From Candidatus Altimarinota bacterium (GTDB lineage: Bacteria > Patescibacteriota > Gracilibacteria > JBDHUY01), in contig JBDHUY010000026.1 of assembly GCA_039809385.1 (NCBI GenBank), positions 1-11,039 of the forward strand: DNA of 11,039 nucleotides, given 5' to 3'. The stretch's first letter is position 1. Each line of letters begins with the position of its first letter. A program made the translations under genes and the position numbers. The notes beneath the pieces are model-generated. The model worked only from the letters and a program-made list of their open reading frames with translations. It did not search any database and was not told the DNA's origin. This document shows positions 1-7,464 of the stretch, one piece after another.

Positions 1-116
1 TCAAAGAACGTCTCGGGCTCGTATCCACCCTCGCTCGAAGTGTCAACGGCTATTTAGCCCATTATATTCATGTCCTCTTCGGCTATTTCTTCTCCAAAGC
101 TATTTCGTAATTCAAG

Positions 117-932
117 TTATAATAATTTTTTAATCCCTTCTTTCGCTTCTTTGTTATACGGATCGATATCCAAAACCTTGTGATAAAAAAACTTGGCTTT
201 TTCTTTGACGTTCAGTTCTTCGTACAATTTGGCCAGGATGAAAAAATAATCGGTATTCTTGGCTTCCAATTTAGCCGCCTGTTCGAAAAATACCACGGCG
301 TTATGAATATCCTGGAGTTCGTAATAGATTTGTCCGATATTGGCGTAGCGGGCCGGGCGCTTGGGATCCAACTCGATTGCTTTCTGGTAGGCTTTGATCG
401 CCATATCGGGACGGGATTGGCGGTAGAGAGTCAATCCCAGATTACTGTATACCGTAGCATCTTTCGTCCCCATTTCGACCAGTTTCAAATACAAGAATTC
501 GGCTTTGGGGTATTTTTCCTGCTTGAGGTACAGCAAGGCCAGTTTTTTATTGATATCTTTATTTGTCTCGTCGATTGCCAGCGCCTGTACCAGATATTTC
601 TCGGCCGTTTCCATATCCCCGCGTCCCTGATATACTTCGGCTTTGCGAAAAAGATTTTTGGCCTCCATGGCTTTTTCCTGACGACTGTCATCGATGGGTT
701 TCTTGCGTTTCATCCAGTCCTGAAGAGACTCAACCGCTTTCTCGACAGGGTTTTCACGGCGTTCCTCGGCGGTAAGACGAAAAATATGCCGTTTCATTTT
801 ACTGGTATATTGCATTAGATCTCTGGCTAGTTGTTTTTCCTGAGTCGACCGGCGCAGCGCACGCCAAAAAGTAAACAAAGCGCCAAGACACGAAAGTAAT
901 AGCAACCCGACATCAATTCTTACAAGAAGCAT
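117..932 (-). CDS. Membrane-anchored tetratricopeptide repeat (TPR) protein
   Basis: 271-aa ORF. N-terminal hydrophobic helix (VGLLLLSCLGALFTFW) followed by about 5 TPR-consensus units (e.g. VYSNLGLTLYRQSRPDMAIKAYQKAIELDP; YANIGQIYYELQDIHNAVVFFEQAAKLEA). Starts 14 nt downstream of the holB stop. Confidence 0.9.
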   Translation of the reverse strand: MLLVRIDVGLLLLSCLGALFTFWRALRRSTQEKQLARDLMQYTSKMKRHIFRLTAEERRENPVEKAVESLQDWMKRKKPIDDSRQEKAMEAKNLFRKAEVYQGRGDMETAEKYLVQALAIDETNKDINKKLALLYLKQEKYPKAEFLYLKLVEMGTKDATVYSNLGLTLYRQSRPDMAIKAYQKAIELDPKRPARYANIGQIYYELQDIHNAVVFFEQAAKLEAKNTDYFFILAKLYEELNVKEKAKFFYHKVLDIDPYNKEAKEGIKKLL

Positions 933-946
933 ACATTTGATAGAAG

Positions 947-1906
947 TTAGAAACTGAGCATCAAATTTTCCAAAACCAGTTTCTTGTTAATATTGGCCGT
1001 CAAAAGTTGATACGTATACTGAATTTTTTCAACCAGCAGCATAGCATCGTTCCGGTTTTTTACCAACCCGAAATGAGATGCTTGCGGCTTTACGGATGTA
1101 AAGAAGGCAGCACGGAGCATATAGATCATAAATTCAAATACGGATTTTATTTCCTGCCGAAATCCGACCGCATCGTTTTTAAACAGAGCTACGGTCTCTT
1201 CGACATACTGCAAGCGCTGTACCAGGCCAAAATCGTTTAAAATGCGTCGGGCCAGAAGATACCGTTGTTTAGACAACCGCATAAGATCCGAATTCTGCAA
1301 TATATCGATCGCCAGGCCCGGCTTGTTCAAAGAAAGGCCTACCGCATCTTGAATCAATTCGGAACTGGCATCGGGAAAAGTCTTTTTCAGATGATCAGTC
1401 AGCTCGGCAGTCGGCACGCCGCCCAGTTCCATGAGAAATACGCGCGACAAAATGGTCGGCAATAATGCCGAACGATTATTGGTAGTCAGGAGAAAGATGA
1501 TTCCTCGGGCAGGTTCTTCGAGTGTTTTCAGTAAAGCGTTGGCAGACTCGGTGGTCATTCGTTCGATCGACTCTATACAAACCGCGAAATAGGGGCTTTG
1601 AAATGTTTTGTTCGTGCGTTCTACCAATGCTCGTATCGCATCGACTTTGATACTTTCGCCGTCATCTCGCATCAGCACAGTATCGGGATGAATTCCTTGT
1701 TCTATCTGACGGCACACTGCGCACGCGTTACAACCTCCCTCGGGGCATTGGAGTATCTTGGAAAAACGACGCGCGAGAGTGAATTTACCGATTTTTTCCG
1801 GACCGGCAAATAAATACGCATGCTTCACCGTACGTTTTTCTACATCTTTTTCCAAAAAGCAGATCTGTTTGTTGTGTCCGATAATATCCCACATAAGGTC
1901 TTTCAT
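947..1906 (-). CDS. holB: DNA polymerase III clamp loader subunit delta-prime
   Basis: DIIGH start, HAYLFAGPEKIGK (degenerate Walker A), Zn module CPEGGCNACAVC, HPD, SANALLKTLEEP, LLPTILSR and C-terminal NINKKLVLENL. 319 aa fits HolB better than DnaX. Confidence 0.88.
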   Translation of the reverse strand: MKDLMWDIIGHNKQICFLEKDVEKRTVKHAYLFAGPEKIGKFTLARRFSKILQCPEGGCNACAVCRQIEQGIHPDTVLMRDDGESIKVDAIRALVERTNKTFQSPYFAVCIESIERMTTESANALLKTLEEPARGIIFLLTTNNRSALLPTILSRVFLMELGGVPTAELTDHLKKTFPDASSELIQDAVGLSLNKPGLAIDILQNSDLMRLSKQRYLLARRILNDFGLVQRLQYVEETVALFKNDAVGFRQEIKSVFEFMIYMLRAAFFTSVKPQASHFGLVKNRNDAMLLVEKIQYTYQLLTANINKKLVLENLMLSF

Positions 1907-1934
1907 TATTATTACAGTGTCATTCTTCGACAGT

Positions 1935-1963
1935 ATTGTATGCTAATACCATTTCCACTTCAA
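1935..1963 (-). promoter_or_regulatory. Putative sigma70 promoter for holB and the TPR gene
   Basis: Minus strand TTGAAG (1963-1958), 17-nt spacer, TACAAT (1940-1935), about 30 nt upstream of the holB ATG. Confidence 0.65.
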
Positions 1964-2017
1964 ATTGTTCCATGTATATGAATATTGAATATTGCCACAG
2001 CAAACGAAGATAATGCC

Positions 2018-2048
2018 AAAGTTCAATCCGCCGCGGCGAATGAAATTT
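2018..2048. repeat. Short GC-core imperfect palindrome (REP-like)
   Basis: ATCCGCC-GC-GGCGAAT core (2026-2041) flanked by AAAGTTCA / TGAAATTT arms, in otherwise AT-rich intergenic DNA. Confidence 0.35.
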
Positions 2049-2148
2049 GTGATTTGAGCTTTTCTTCTTTCTTCGTGTCAATGGATTTTGCTATCATGTA
2101 GATTTTTAAATCCTAAAACAAATTCCAGGTATAAATTTACCAGCTGAT

Positions 2149-2181
2149 CAAAAGGGACTTTCCGATTTTTCGAAAGCTCTC
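2149..2181 (-). terminator. Possible intrinsic terminator of the 658-aa gene
   Basis: Minus strand GAGCTTTCGA-AAAA-TCGGAAAGTCC imperfect hairpin followed by CTTTT, about 35 nt after the TAG at 2216. Confidence 0.4.
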
Positions 2182-2215
2182 ATAAAAAAGAAAATACGCA
2201 CGAGACAAAGCCAAA

Positions 2216-4192
2216 CTACGGAGCCAGACTGCGCATATCGATCTTGAGCAGCTGCTGGGGAGTGAGAATATACAGATTTTGTTCGGTATCGTCTACCCAG
2301 AAATCGCGCATTTCGCTGGTTTTCAAGACAAACTGGCGGTCGTACGTCATTTTTTCGGGTTTATCGAACGTGACTTTTTTATAGACCAGCAACCGTTGGT
2401 TGGCCGGATCCATAATATAAATGTTCCGTAAGTTTTCGTTGGTATAGATTTTGGCACGACTGTCGAGATTCTTGAGCGGAACGCTGGGACCGCCTTCTAT
2501 ACTAAAAGGAGCATTTTTCTGACTGAGCAGCCGTTTGACCTCACCGTTGGCTTTTAGAATATAAATACCCCCGTCGATGGCAAACGAAACGGCATCCTTT
2601 ATATCGACATTATCTGTATTATACGCAGTCGGTTTACGATATTTTTGCGTAGTCCGTTCATATCGCCATATATTGTTATTTAAGGGATCCAGCAGATAGA
2701 CAAACTGACGACTGGCATAGGTACGAATATCCACGGCGGTTTTCCAGACAGTATCTTCGGTATCCATAAAGGTCAGATTGTTGTCCTTATATTCAATGAC
2801 TTTATTCCCGCTGCTAAAAAACACCAGACTGTTACGATCGGTAAATTTGTCGGCCGCCAAAAACGTTTCGTTGTTTTCCAGCGACGGTCCTTTACTGAAA
2901 GATTCGGGCGAAGTATCCACAATCGGTCCCCAGACCGAAGTAGGGGTAATGATATAGAACGCGTTATTAAAATTTACCAGATGCGCCGCACTGAAATTCG
3001 CTTCTTTTTTAGAGAGATCGACAAACACAAGCGGATTAGTCAAATTGATAATACGATCGAGTTTCTCTTCCTCCTGCTGGATTTCCTGTAAAATTCTATC
3101 GGCATCGGAAATCAGAACTCCGGCGTTGCGGACATCCAGCACGCTCTTTTTGGCCGTCTCCAGGCTGGTCTTTGAGAGTTTGGCATCATAGAGTCTTTGC
3201 TGGCGGGCGTCGGTCAGACGATCACGCGCGGTCTGAAGCAGTTCTTCATATTTTTTGATATTCTGGTCTTTTTGTCCGCCACCTGAAAATACTGTCGTAT
3301 TGAGCAAAATGAGCGCGACTATCAGGATCGCGCCGACCACCAGATAATTGCGACGTTGTCTGGGATCGCGCATGCCGGCTACCACTTTTTTGGTAATATC
3401 TTTGCTCTTATCAAATGCCTGTTTCGACAGATCCAGCACTTTTTCGGGACTGAGCGAACGGGCGGAGGTTCTTGCGGAGGCAGGTAATGTTTCTTCATCC
3501 GCGGAGGACAGTTGCGACGCGGACAATGCACCCGTAAAACCGTTTACAAGGACATCTCCGGTATCTTCTACCGTCAGGAGCTGCTCCAGATCGCGGAAGG
3601 ATATTTCCAGATCATGCGTAAGGAACACATTGGTCAAATCGGCTTTCCCGACGAATTTTAAAAGCCGCTTGGAGCAGAAGATGACTTTGTCGCCGACCTC
3701 CAAGTCACCACTGGCTATGTTGACAAAATGATTGGCGTCGTTGTTTTTGCCGCTATAGAGACCTTCGCTGATTTCGATCACGTTGCCTTTTCGCAGCAGA
3801 TAACTTTCGGCCAAGCCGGTCTTGGTAAGATACAGGCTGTTTTGATCGAGCAACCCGATAACGGAATCGATTCTGCCGACCTGTCCGGATTCTTTCTTTT
3901 CTTTGAGGTCGTTGAGAAAAAAATTGACCTCTTTGAGACCTTCTTCGAAACGGTCATACATGGATAATTCGTTCTCCTCGGTAATATGTTTTTGCAGGAT
4001 TTCCAAAAAATTCTGAACCATGTTTTGCGGCTCGGCGTCAAACTCGTACCCTTCAATAGCGACGTTCATAAAAAGATGCAGACCGTCGAAATCAAGATGA
4101 TACCCTTTTAAAAAGGCTTTTTTCTCCTTTTCCACGACGAGCGATTTATACACCGGATCAAGTGTCATACGAGGTATATTTAGGGAAGACAT
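2216..4192 (-). CDS. Bitopic membrane protein: degenerate PP2C/SpoIIE-like N-terminal domain, TM helix, helical stalk, C-terminal NHL-like beta-propeller
   Basis: 658-aa ORF. LYLTKTGLAESYLLRKG and GDLEVGDKVIFCSKRL follow PP2C motif spacing. Single TM YLVVGAILIVALILL. Helical/coiled segment, then repeated beta-strand motifs (VYLLDPLNNNIWRY, AVSFAIDGGIYIL, IYIMDPANQRLLVY). The CDS is secure; the domain calls are by eye. Confidence 0.7.
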   Translation of the reverse strand: MSSLNIPRMTLDPVYKSLVVEKEKKAFLKGYHLDFDGLHLFMNVAIEGYEFDAEPQNMVQNFLEILQKHITEENELSMYDRFEEGLKEVNFFLNDLKEKKESGQVGRIDSVIGLLDQNSLYLTKTGLAESYLLRKGNVIEISEGLYSGKNNDANHFVNIASGDLEVGDKVIFCSKRLLKFVGKADLTNVFLTHDLEISFRDLEQLLTVEDTGDVLVNGFTGALSASQLSSADEETLPASARTSARSLSPEKVLDLSKQAFDKSKDITKKVVAGMRDPRQRRNYLVVGAILIVALILLNTTVFSGGGQKDQNIKKYEELLQTARDRLTDARQQRLYDAKLSKTSLETAKKSVLDVRNAGVLISDADRILQEIQQEEEKLDRIINLTNPLVFVDLSKKEANFSAAHLVNFNNAFYIITPTSVWGPIVDTSPESFSKGPSLENNETFLAADKFTDRNSLVFFSSGNKVIEYKDNNLTFMDTEDTVWKTAVDIRTYASRQFVYLLDPLNNNIWRYERTTQKYRKPTAYNTDNVDIKDAVSFAIDGGIYILKANGEVKRLLSQKNAPFSIEGGPSVPLKNLDSRAKIYTNENLRNIYIMDPANQRLLVYKKVTFDKPEKMTYDRQFVLKTSEMRDFWVDDTEQNLYILTPQQLLKIDMRSLAP

Positions 4193-4203
4193 AACTATAC
4201 GCT

Positions 4204-4231
4204 ACTATAGCGATTTTCGCTATTGTTTCAA
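4204..4231 (-). promoter_or_regulatory. Putative sigma70 promoter with an inverted repeat over the spacer
   Basis: Minus strand TTGAAA (4231-4226), 16-nt spacer, TATAGT (4209-4204), 11 nt from the ATG at 4192. Perfect inverted repeat ATAGCGA-TTT-TCGCTAT at 4207-4223. Confidence 0.55.
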
Positions 4232-4270
4232 GAGGAATACGCTTTCAATGTAATGATAAAAACATTTTGG

Positions 4271-4298
4271 TTGACCGTAACAATAAAAATGATAACCT
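4271..4298 (+). promoter_or_regulatory. Possible sigma70 promoter for the 240-aa orphan gene
   Basis: TTGACC (4271-4276), 16-nt spacer ending in TGA, TAACCT (4293-4298). The region is AT-rich, so a chance match is possible. Confidence 0.35.
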
Positions 4299-4414
4299 GT
4301 ATTCCTTTTGAAAGTACGAACTTACAGAAAAAATATTATAAAAATTACCGTTTTTTTGCAGTGTTACTTGTATAAGTCTGCAGTATTATTATCAGCATCA
4401 TCCCCTGAAATCGT

Positions 4415-5137
4415 ATGAACATGTCCTTATCGTTCCGACCGACCCAGAAGGCTCGGCCGACACACAAACAACAATTGGCCCTGAAAAATATTATCGGTCT
4501 TTATCAGAGACTCAAAGACCCGTGTGTGGCCAAAGCGTCCATCGGGTTGGAGGGGTTGCGTATCGGCGATGCGATTTTGAAACAACGACAGGCGATCGGC
4601 GTCGTCATCGGCGGATTGATGTCGGAAATATGGAACGAAAAAAGTACGGAAGAATCATTTAATAGCCATAAAGATACAGATATTGCTGTGTTGTCGGACA
4701 ATTTCGAACCCGAGACTACCTTTGAGGGCGGCATCGACTGGTGGATCCCTTCGATCAGAAATGTGAATATACGCAGCGACTATAGTAACTATACGACGTC
4801 CATGCAGATCTGGCAGAACGGGAATGAAGTAAATCTGTTCTGCGGATTTACGCTTTTCCCGTATGACTTTGCAAAGCTGCCAGCGGGATTATATCTTCCT
4901 GCCCGCCAACTGGTAATTGACTACCGGGTAGCGATTATGTCAGCCATGCTCGATGAACGGATCCAGCAAGAGGAAGATATAGAAGAATTACTCCAAAATA
5001 GAATAGAACGTGAAACCAGAAAAAGAATTTCGACACAGGTACGGAAACACTACCCCGTTATAAAAGACTGCGCAGTCAGTATTAAACCCTTTGAAAGAGC
5101 GGCTGTTTTAGCATTGGGACAAAAGGAATCGGGCTGA
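4415..5137 (+). CDS. Hypothetical protein with a Pol-beta-superfamily nucleotidyltransferase-like signature
   Basis: 240-aa ORF filling the gap between known genes. VVIGG...HKDTDIAVL...GGIDWW resembles hG[GS]...DhD...hD. The CDS is likely; the function is inferred. Confidence 0.6.
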   Translation: MNMSLSFRPTQKARPTHKQQLALKNIIGLYQRLKDPCVAKASIGLEGLRIGDAILKQRQAIGVVIGGLMSEIWNEKSTEESFNSHKDTDIAVLSDNFEPETTFEGGIDWWIPSIRNVNIRSDYSNYTTSMQIWQNGNEVNLFCGFTLFPYDFAKLPAGLYLPARQLVIDYRVAIMSAMLDERIQQEEDIEELLQNRIERETRKRISTQVRKHYPVIKDCAVSIKPFERAAVLALGQKESG

Positions 5138-5188
5138 GAAACTGTACTAGAAAAGAATAAAAGTAGGACGAAGAAATCGGAAAATATC

Positions 5189-5217
5189 TTGCAGCCCACT
5201 CTACTTTTCAGTATATT
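5189..5217 (+). promoter_or_regulatory. Putative sigma70 promoter for rpsA
   Basis: TTGCAG (5189-5194), 17-nt spacer, TATATT (5212-5217). Confidence 0.6.
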
Positions 5218-5230
5218 TTGAGCGTTAGGT

Positions 5231-5265
5231 GTCGTTTTTCCTGTCAAGCAGGGGGGAAAAACGGC
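5231..5265 (+). promoter_or_regulatory. Hairpin in the rpsA 5' leader
   Basis: GTCGTTTTTCC (5231-5241) pairs with GGAAAAACGGC (5255-5265) with one G-U pair. An inner CTG-TCAAG-CAG stem is possible. Followed by a U-rich tract up to the ATG at 5310. Confidence 0.55.
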
Positions 5266-5309
5266 CGGTAAAACTATTTATTTTTTCTCAGCTGCTTGTC
5301 ATATTTTTT

Positions 5310-6620
5310 ATGGTACGTACTAAAAAAACCGACGAATCCGTCCAAAGTGCATTGGATGCGGTTTTAAGTAAATCCCCCGCCATTTTTGTGCCCGTACTGG
5401 GAGACCTGGTCGAGGGCTCGGTCATTTCGATTGATAAAAAGCGTATTGTCGTCGACATCGGCGGTATCGCCACGGGTGTGGTCACCGGCAAAGAGATGCA
5501 GGACAACCGGCGCACCGGGGAAAAACTGAATCCGGGAGATGCGATTATTGCCGCGATCATCGACGAAGAGAATCAGGACGGACTCATCCTGCTCTCTCTG
5601 CGTAAAGCCAGTCAGAAACGCGCCTGGAACGAATTCGTCAAAGCCTTCCAGGAAGGGACGATCATTCAGGTACGCGCCAGCGAAGCCAATAAAGGAGGCC
5701 TGCTGGTCGACGTCGACGGGGTCAAAGGCTTTTTGCCGCTTTCGCAGCTGGCGCCCTTGCATTATCCGCGCGTGGAAGGAGCCAATGCTGAAAAAATATT
5801 TCAAAAACTAGTAGAACTGGTCGGAAAGACATTCAATGTAAAGATCATTACGATGGATACCGACAATAAGAAATTGATATTGTCGGAAAAAGCAGCCATG
5901 GATGAAGAGCGCAACGCGTCTCTCTCTAACCTGGAAGTCGGACAGAAAGTGGAAGGCAAGATCAGCGGTATTGTCAGCTACGGTATCTTCGTGACCTTCA
6001 ACGGCCTGGAAGGACTGGTCCATATTTCGGAAATCGATTGGGGTCATGTGGAAGATCCCCGAGTCTTCGGCAAAGTGGGAGACCCGGTCAAAGTATTGGT
6101 TATCGGTGTAGATGAATCCAAAATTTCTTTGTCTATCAAACGATTGCAATCCGACCCGTGGGTCGAGATCGGACAGCGCTATAAACTGGGAGACACCATC
6201 GAAGGTACTATTACGCGGGTAACTCCGTTTGGTGCCTTCATGAAGCTCGCCGAGGGGATCAATGGACTGATTCATCTTTCCGAAATTTCGCATGATTTAG
6301 TAAAAGATCCCAACACGTACCTGGAAATCGGACAAAAGCGCGACGCCAAAATTATTACACTCGACCTGGACGAACATCGCATCGGTCTCAGTCTGAAAGC
6401 CCTCGAAGAAAAACCGGAAGATGAAAACAAGGAAGAAAAAGCCAAGAAAAAGAGCAGCAAAGAAGACAGCGATATGCAGGCGGTAGAAGAAGGGGCCGAA
6501 GAGATCAAAAAGAGCAAGTCCAAAAAAGCTACAAAGGAGGAGGAAGATGAAACAGAAGAAATACGTGAAGAAGAAGAGGATTCTCCTAAAAAAACCTCCA
6601 AGAAAAAGAAATCCGAATAA
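5310..6620 (+). CDS. rpsA: 30S ribosomal protein S1 (four S1 domains plus a charged low-complexity tail)
   Basis: Four S1 repeats (GDLVEGSV..., NKGGLLVDVDGVKGFLPLSQL, YGIFVTFNGLEGLVHISEI, FGAFMKLAEGINGLIHLSEI). ATG 5310 (MVRTKK) preferred to the ORF-track start at 5229, which lies at the predicted transcription start and leader hairpin. Confidence 0.93.
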   Translation: MVRTKKTDESVQSALDAVLSKSPAIFVPVLGDLVEGSVISIDKKRIVVDIGGIATGVVTGKEMQDNRRTGEKLNPGDAIIAAIIDEENQDGLILLSLRKASQKRAWNEFVKAFQEGTIIQVRASEANKGGLLVDVDGVKGFLPLSQLAPLHYPRVEGANAEKIFQKLVELVGKTFNVKIITMDTDNKKLILSEKAAMDEERNASLSNLEVGQKVEGKISGIVSYGIFVTFNGLEGLVHISEIDWGHVEDPRVFGKVGDPVKVLVIGVDESKISLSIKRLQSDPWVEIGQRYKLGDTIEGTITRVTPFGAFMKLAEGINGLIHLSEISHDLVKDPNTYLEIGQKRDAKIITLDLDEHRIGLSLKALEEKPEDENKEEKAKKKSSKEDSDMQAVEEGAEEIKKSKSKKATKEEEDETEEIREEEEDSPKKTSKKKKSE

Positions 6621-6644
6621 GTTTTATAAGAAAACGACTGATGC

Positions 6645-6685
6645 AAAAGAACTCCGACAGATCATGCTGTCCGGGGTTCTTTTTT
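6645..6685. terminator. Bidirectional intrinsic terminator between convergent rpsA and comF
   Basis: AAAAGAACTCCGACAG-ATCATG-CTGTCCGGGGTTCTTTTTT: long stem with an A-tract on the left and a T-tract on the right. Confidence 0.8.
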
Positions 6686-6693
6686 GGTCTCAT

Positions 6694-7398
6694 TTATCCC
6701 CGGGCCAACACCAATCCGGACACATCCGAAAAACCGTTGCGAAGCAGAACTTTGGCCGCCTCGTCCAGCGTCGAGAGGGTCGAGGAGACGTCATCGACGA
6801 GCAATATTTTTTTGTTTCTTACCGTAGGATCGCTTGCTTTCTCGTCTAAGGCAAAGGCGTTGGCAAGATTGATCAGACGTTCGTGGCGTCCAAGTTTTGC
6901 CTGGGCCGCCGTATGCCGGATTCGCTGGATGAGCAAACCTACGGGAATACCAGTTTGGTGAGAGATCTGCTCGGCCAACAGCTCAGCCTGATTAAAGCCC
7001 CGCCATAGGGAACGATCTCGAAACAGAGGAATCGGGACCAGGAGGTATTGTTTTAAATCCGGTATATTTTCTTCCAGAACCCGACAAAGTAGTGAGGAAA
7101 GCGCTAGAGAGAGCTCCTTGGTGCCGGAATATTTGAAGCGTCGGATCGCTTGTTTCAGTCCCGGATTTTTATGATACGAAGCAGCTACAAGAAGACGGCA
7201 TAAACTGGTTTTGGATCGACAAAACCGGCCGTGGACCGAGCCGGTCAAGCTCTCTTTTCGACACACCGGACACACTTGTCGGTCGAGCAGAACGATGTTT
7301 TTCGCACAACCGGCGCACAAAAAATCTCCCTCGCGTTTACAACGGACGCAGATGGGAGGAAATAACAGGTTCAACAGAGTTCTCAGGATTTGTTTCAT
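6694..7398 (-). CDS. comF: ComF family protein (double zinc ribbon plus PRTase-like domain)
   Basis: LLFPPICVRC..LCAGC..CPVC zinc ribbon, FKY, VPIPL...RGFNQAELLA, QAKLGRHERLINL, ILLVDDV and C-terminal LAR. ATG 7398 (MKQIL) preferred; an alternative ATG lies at 7431. Confidence 0.92.
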   Translation of the reverse strand: MKQILRTLLNLLFPPICVRCKREGDFLCAGCAKNIVLLDRQVCPVCRKESLTGSVHGRFCRSKTSLCRLLVAASYHKNPGLKQAIRRFKYSGTKELSLALSSLLCRVLEENIPDLKQYLLVPIPLFRDRSLWRGFNQAELLAEQISHQTGIPVGLLIQRIRHTAAQAKLGRHERLINLANAFALDEKASDPTVRNKKILLVDDVSSTLSTLDEAAKVLLRNGFSDVSGLVLARG

Positions 7399-7464
7399 GA
7401 AGAAAAAGCTCCTCCGAGTATAGAACTCCATATCTTAAAAAAAGATAATTTCTCGTAAAAAAAG

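Noticed and set aside
54-116. In-frame peptide (LELRNSFGEEIAEEDMNIMG) after the TPR gene stop, suggesting readthrough or a premature stop
   Set aside because: The TPR protein ends naturally with a capping helix (EAKEGIKKLL) at TAA, and a 20-codon open stretch is expected by chance.
180-818. 212-aa plus-strand ORF and the other antisense or overlapping ORFs in the track (e.g. 5808-6293, 6272-6646, 8364-8705)
   Set aside because: They are shadows of well-supported genes on the opposite strand or in another frame, with no recognisable motifs.
947-1906. dnaX (gamma/tau) assignment
   Set aside because: It lacks the RKYRP N-terminus, the GKTT Walker A and the IDEVH Walker B. Length and C-terminus fit delta-prime.
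5135-5230. UGA-as-Gly recoding (code 25) extending the orphan ORF
   Set aside because: Seven long Gly-containing genes are uninterrupted under code 11, and readthrough would run across the rpsA promoter and leader.
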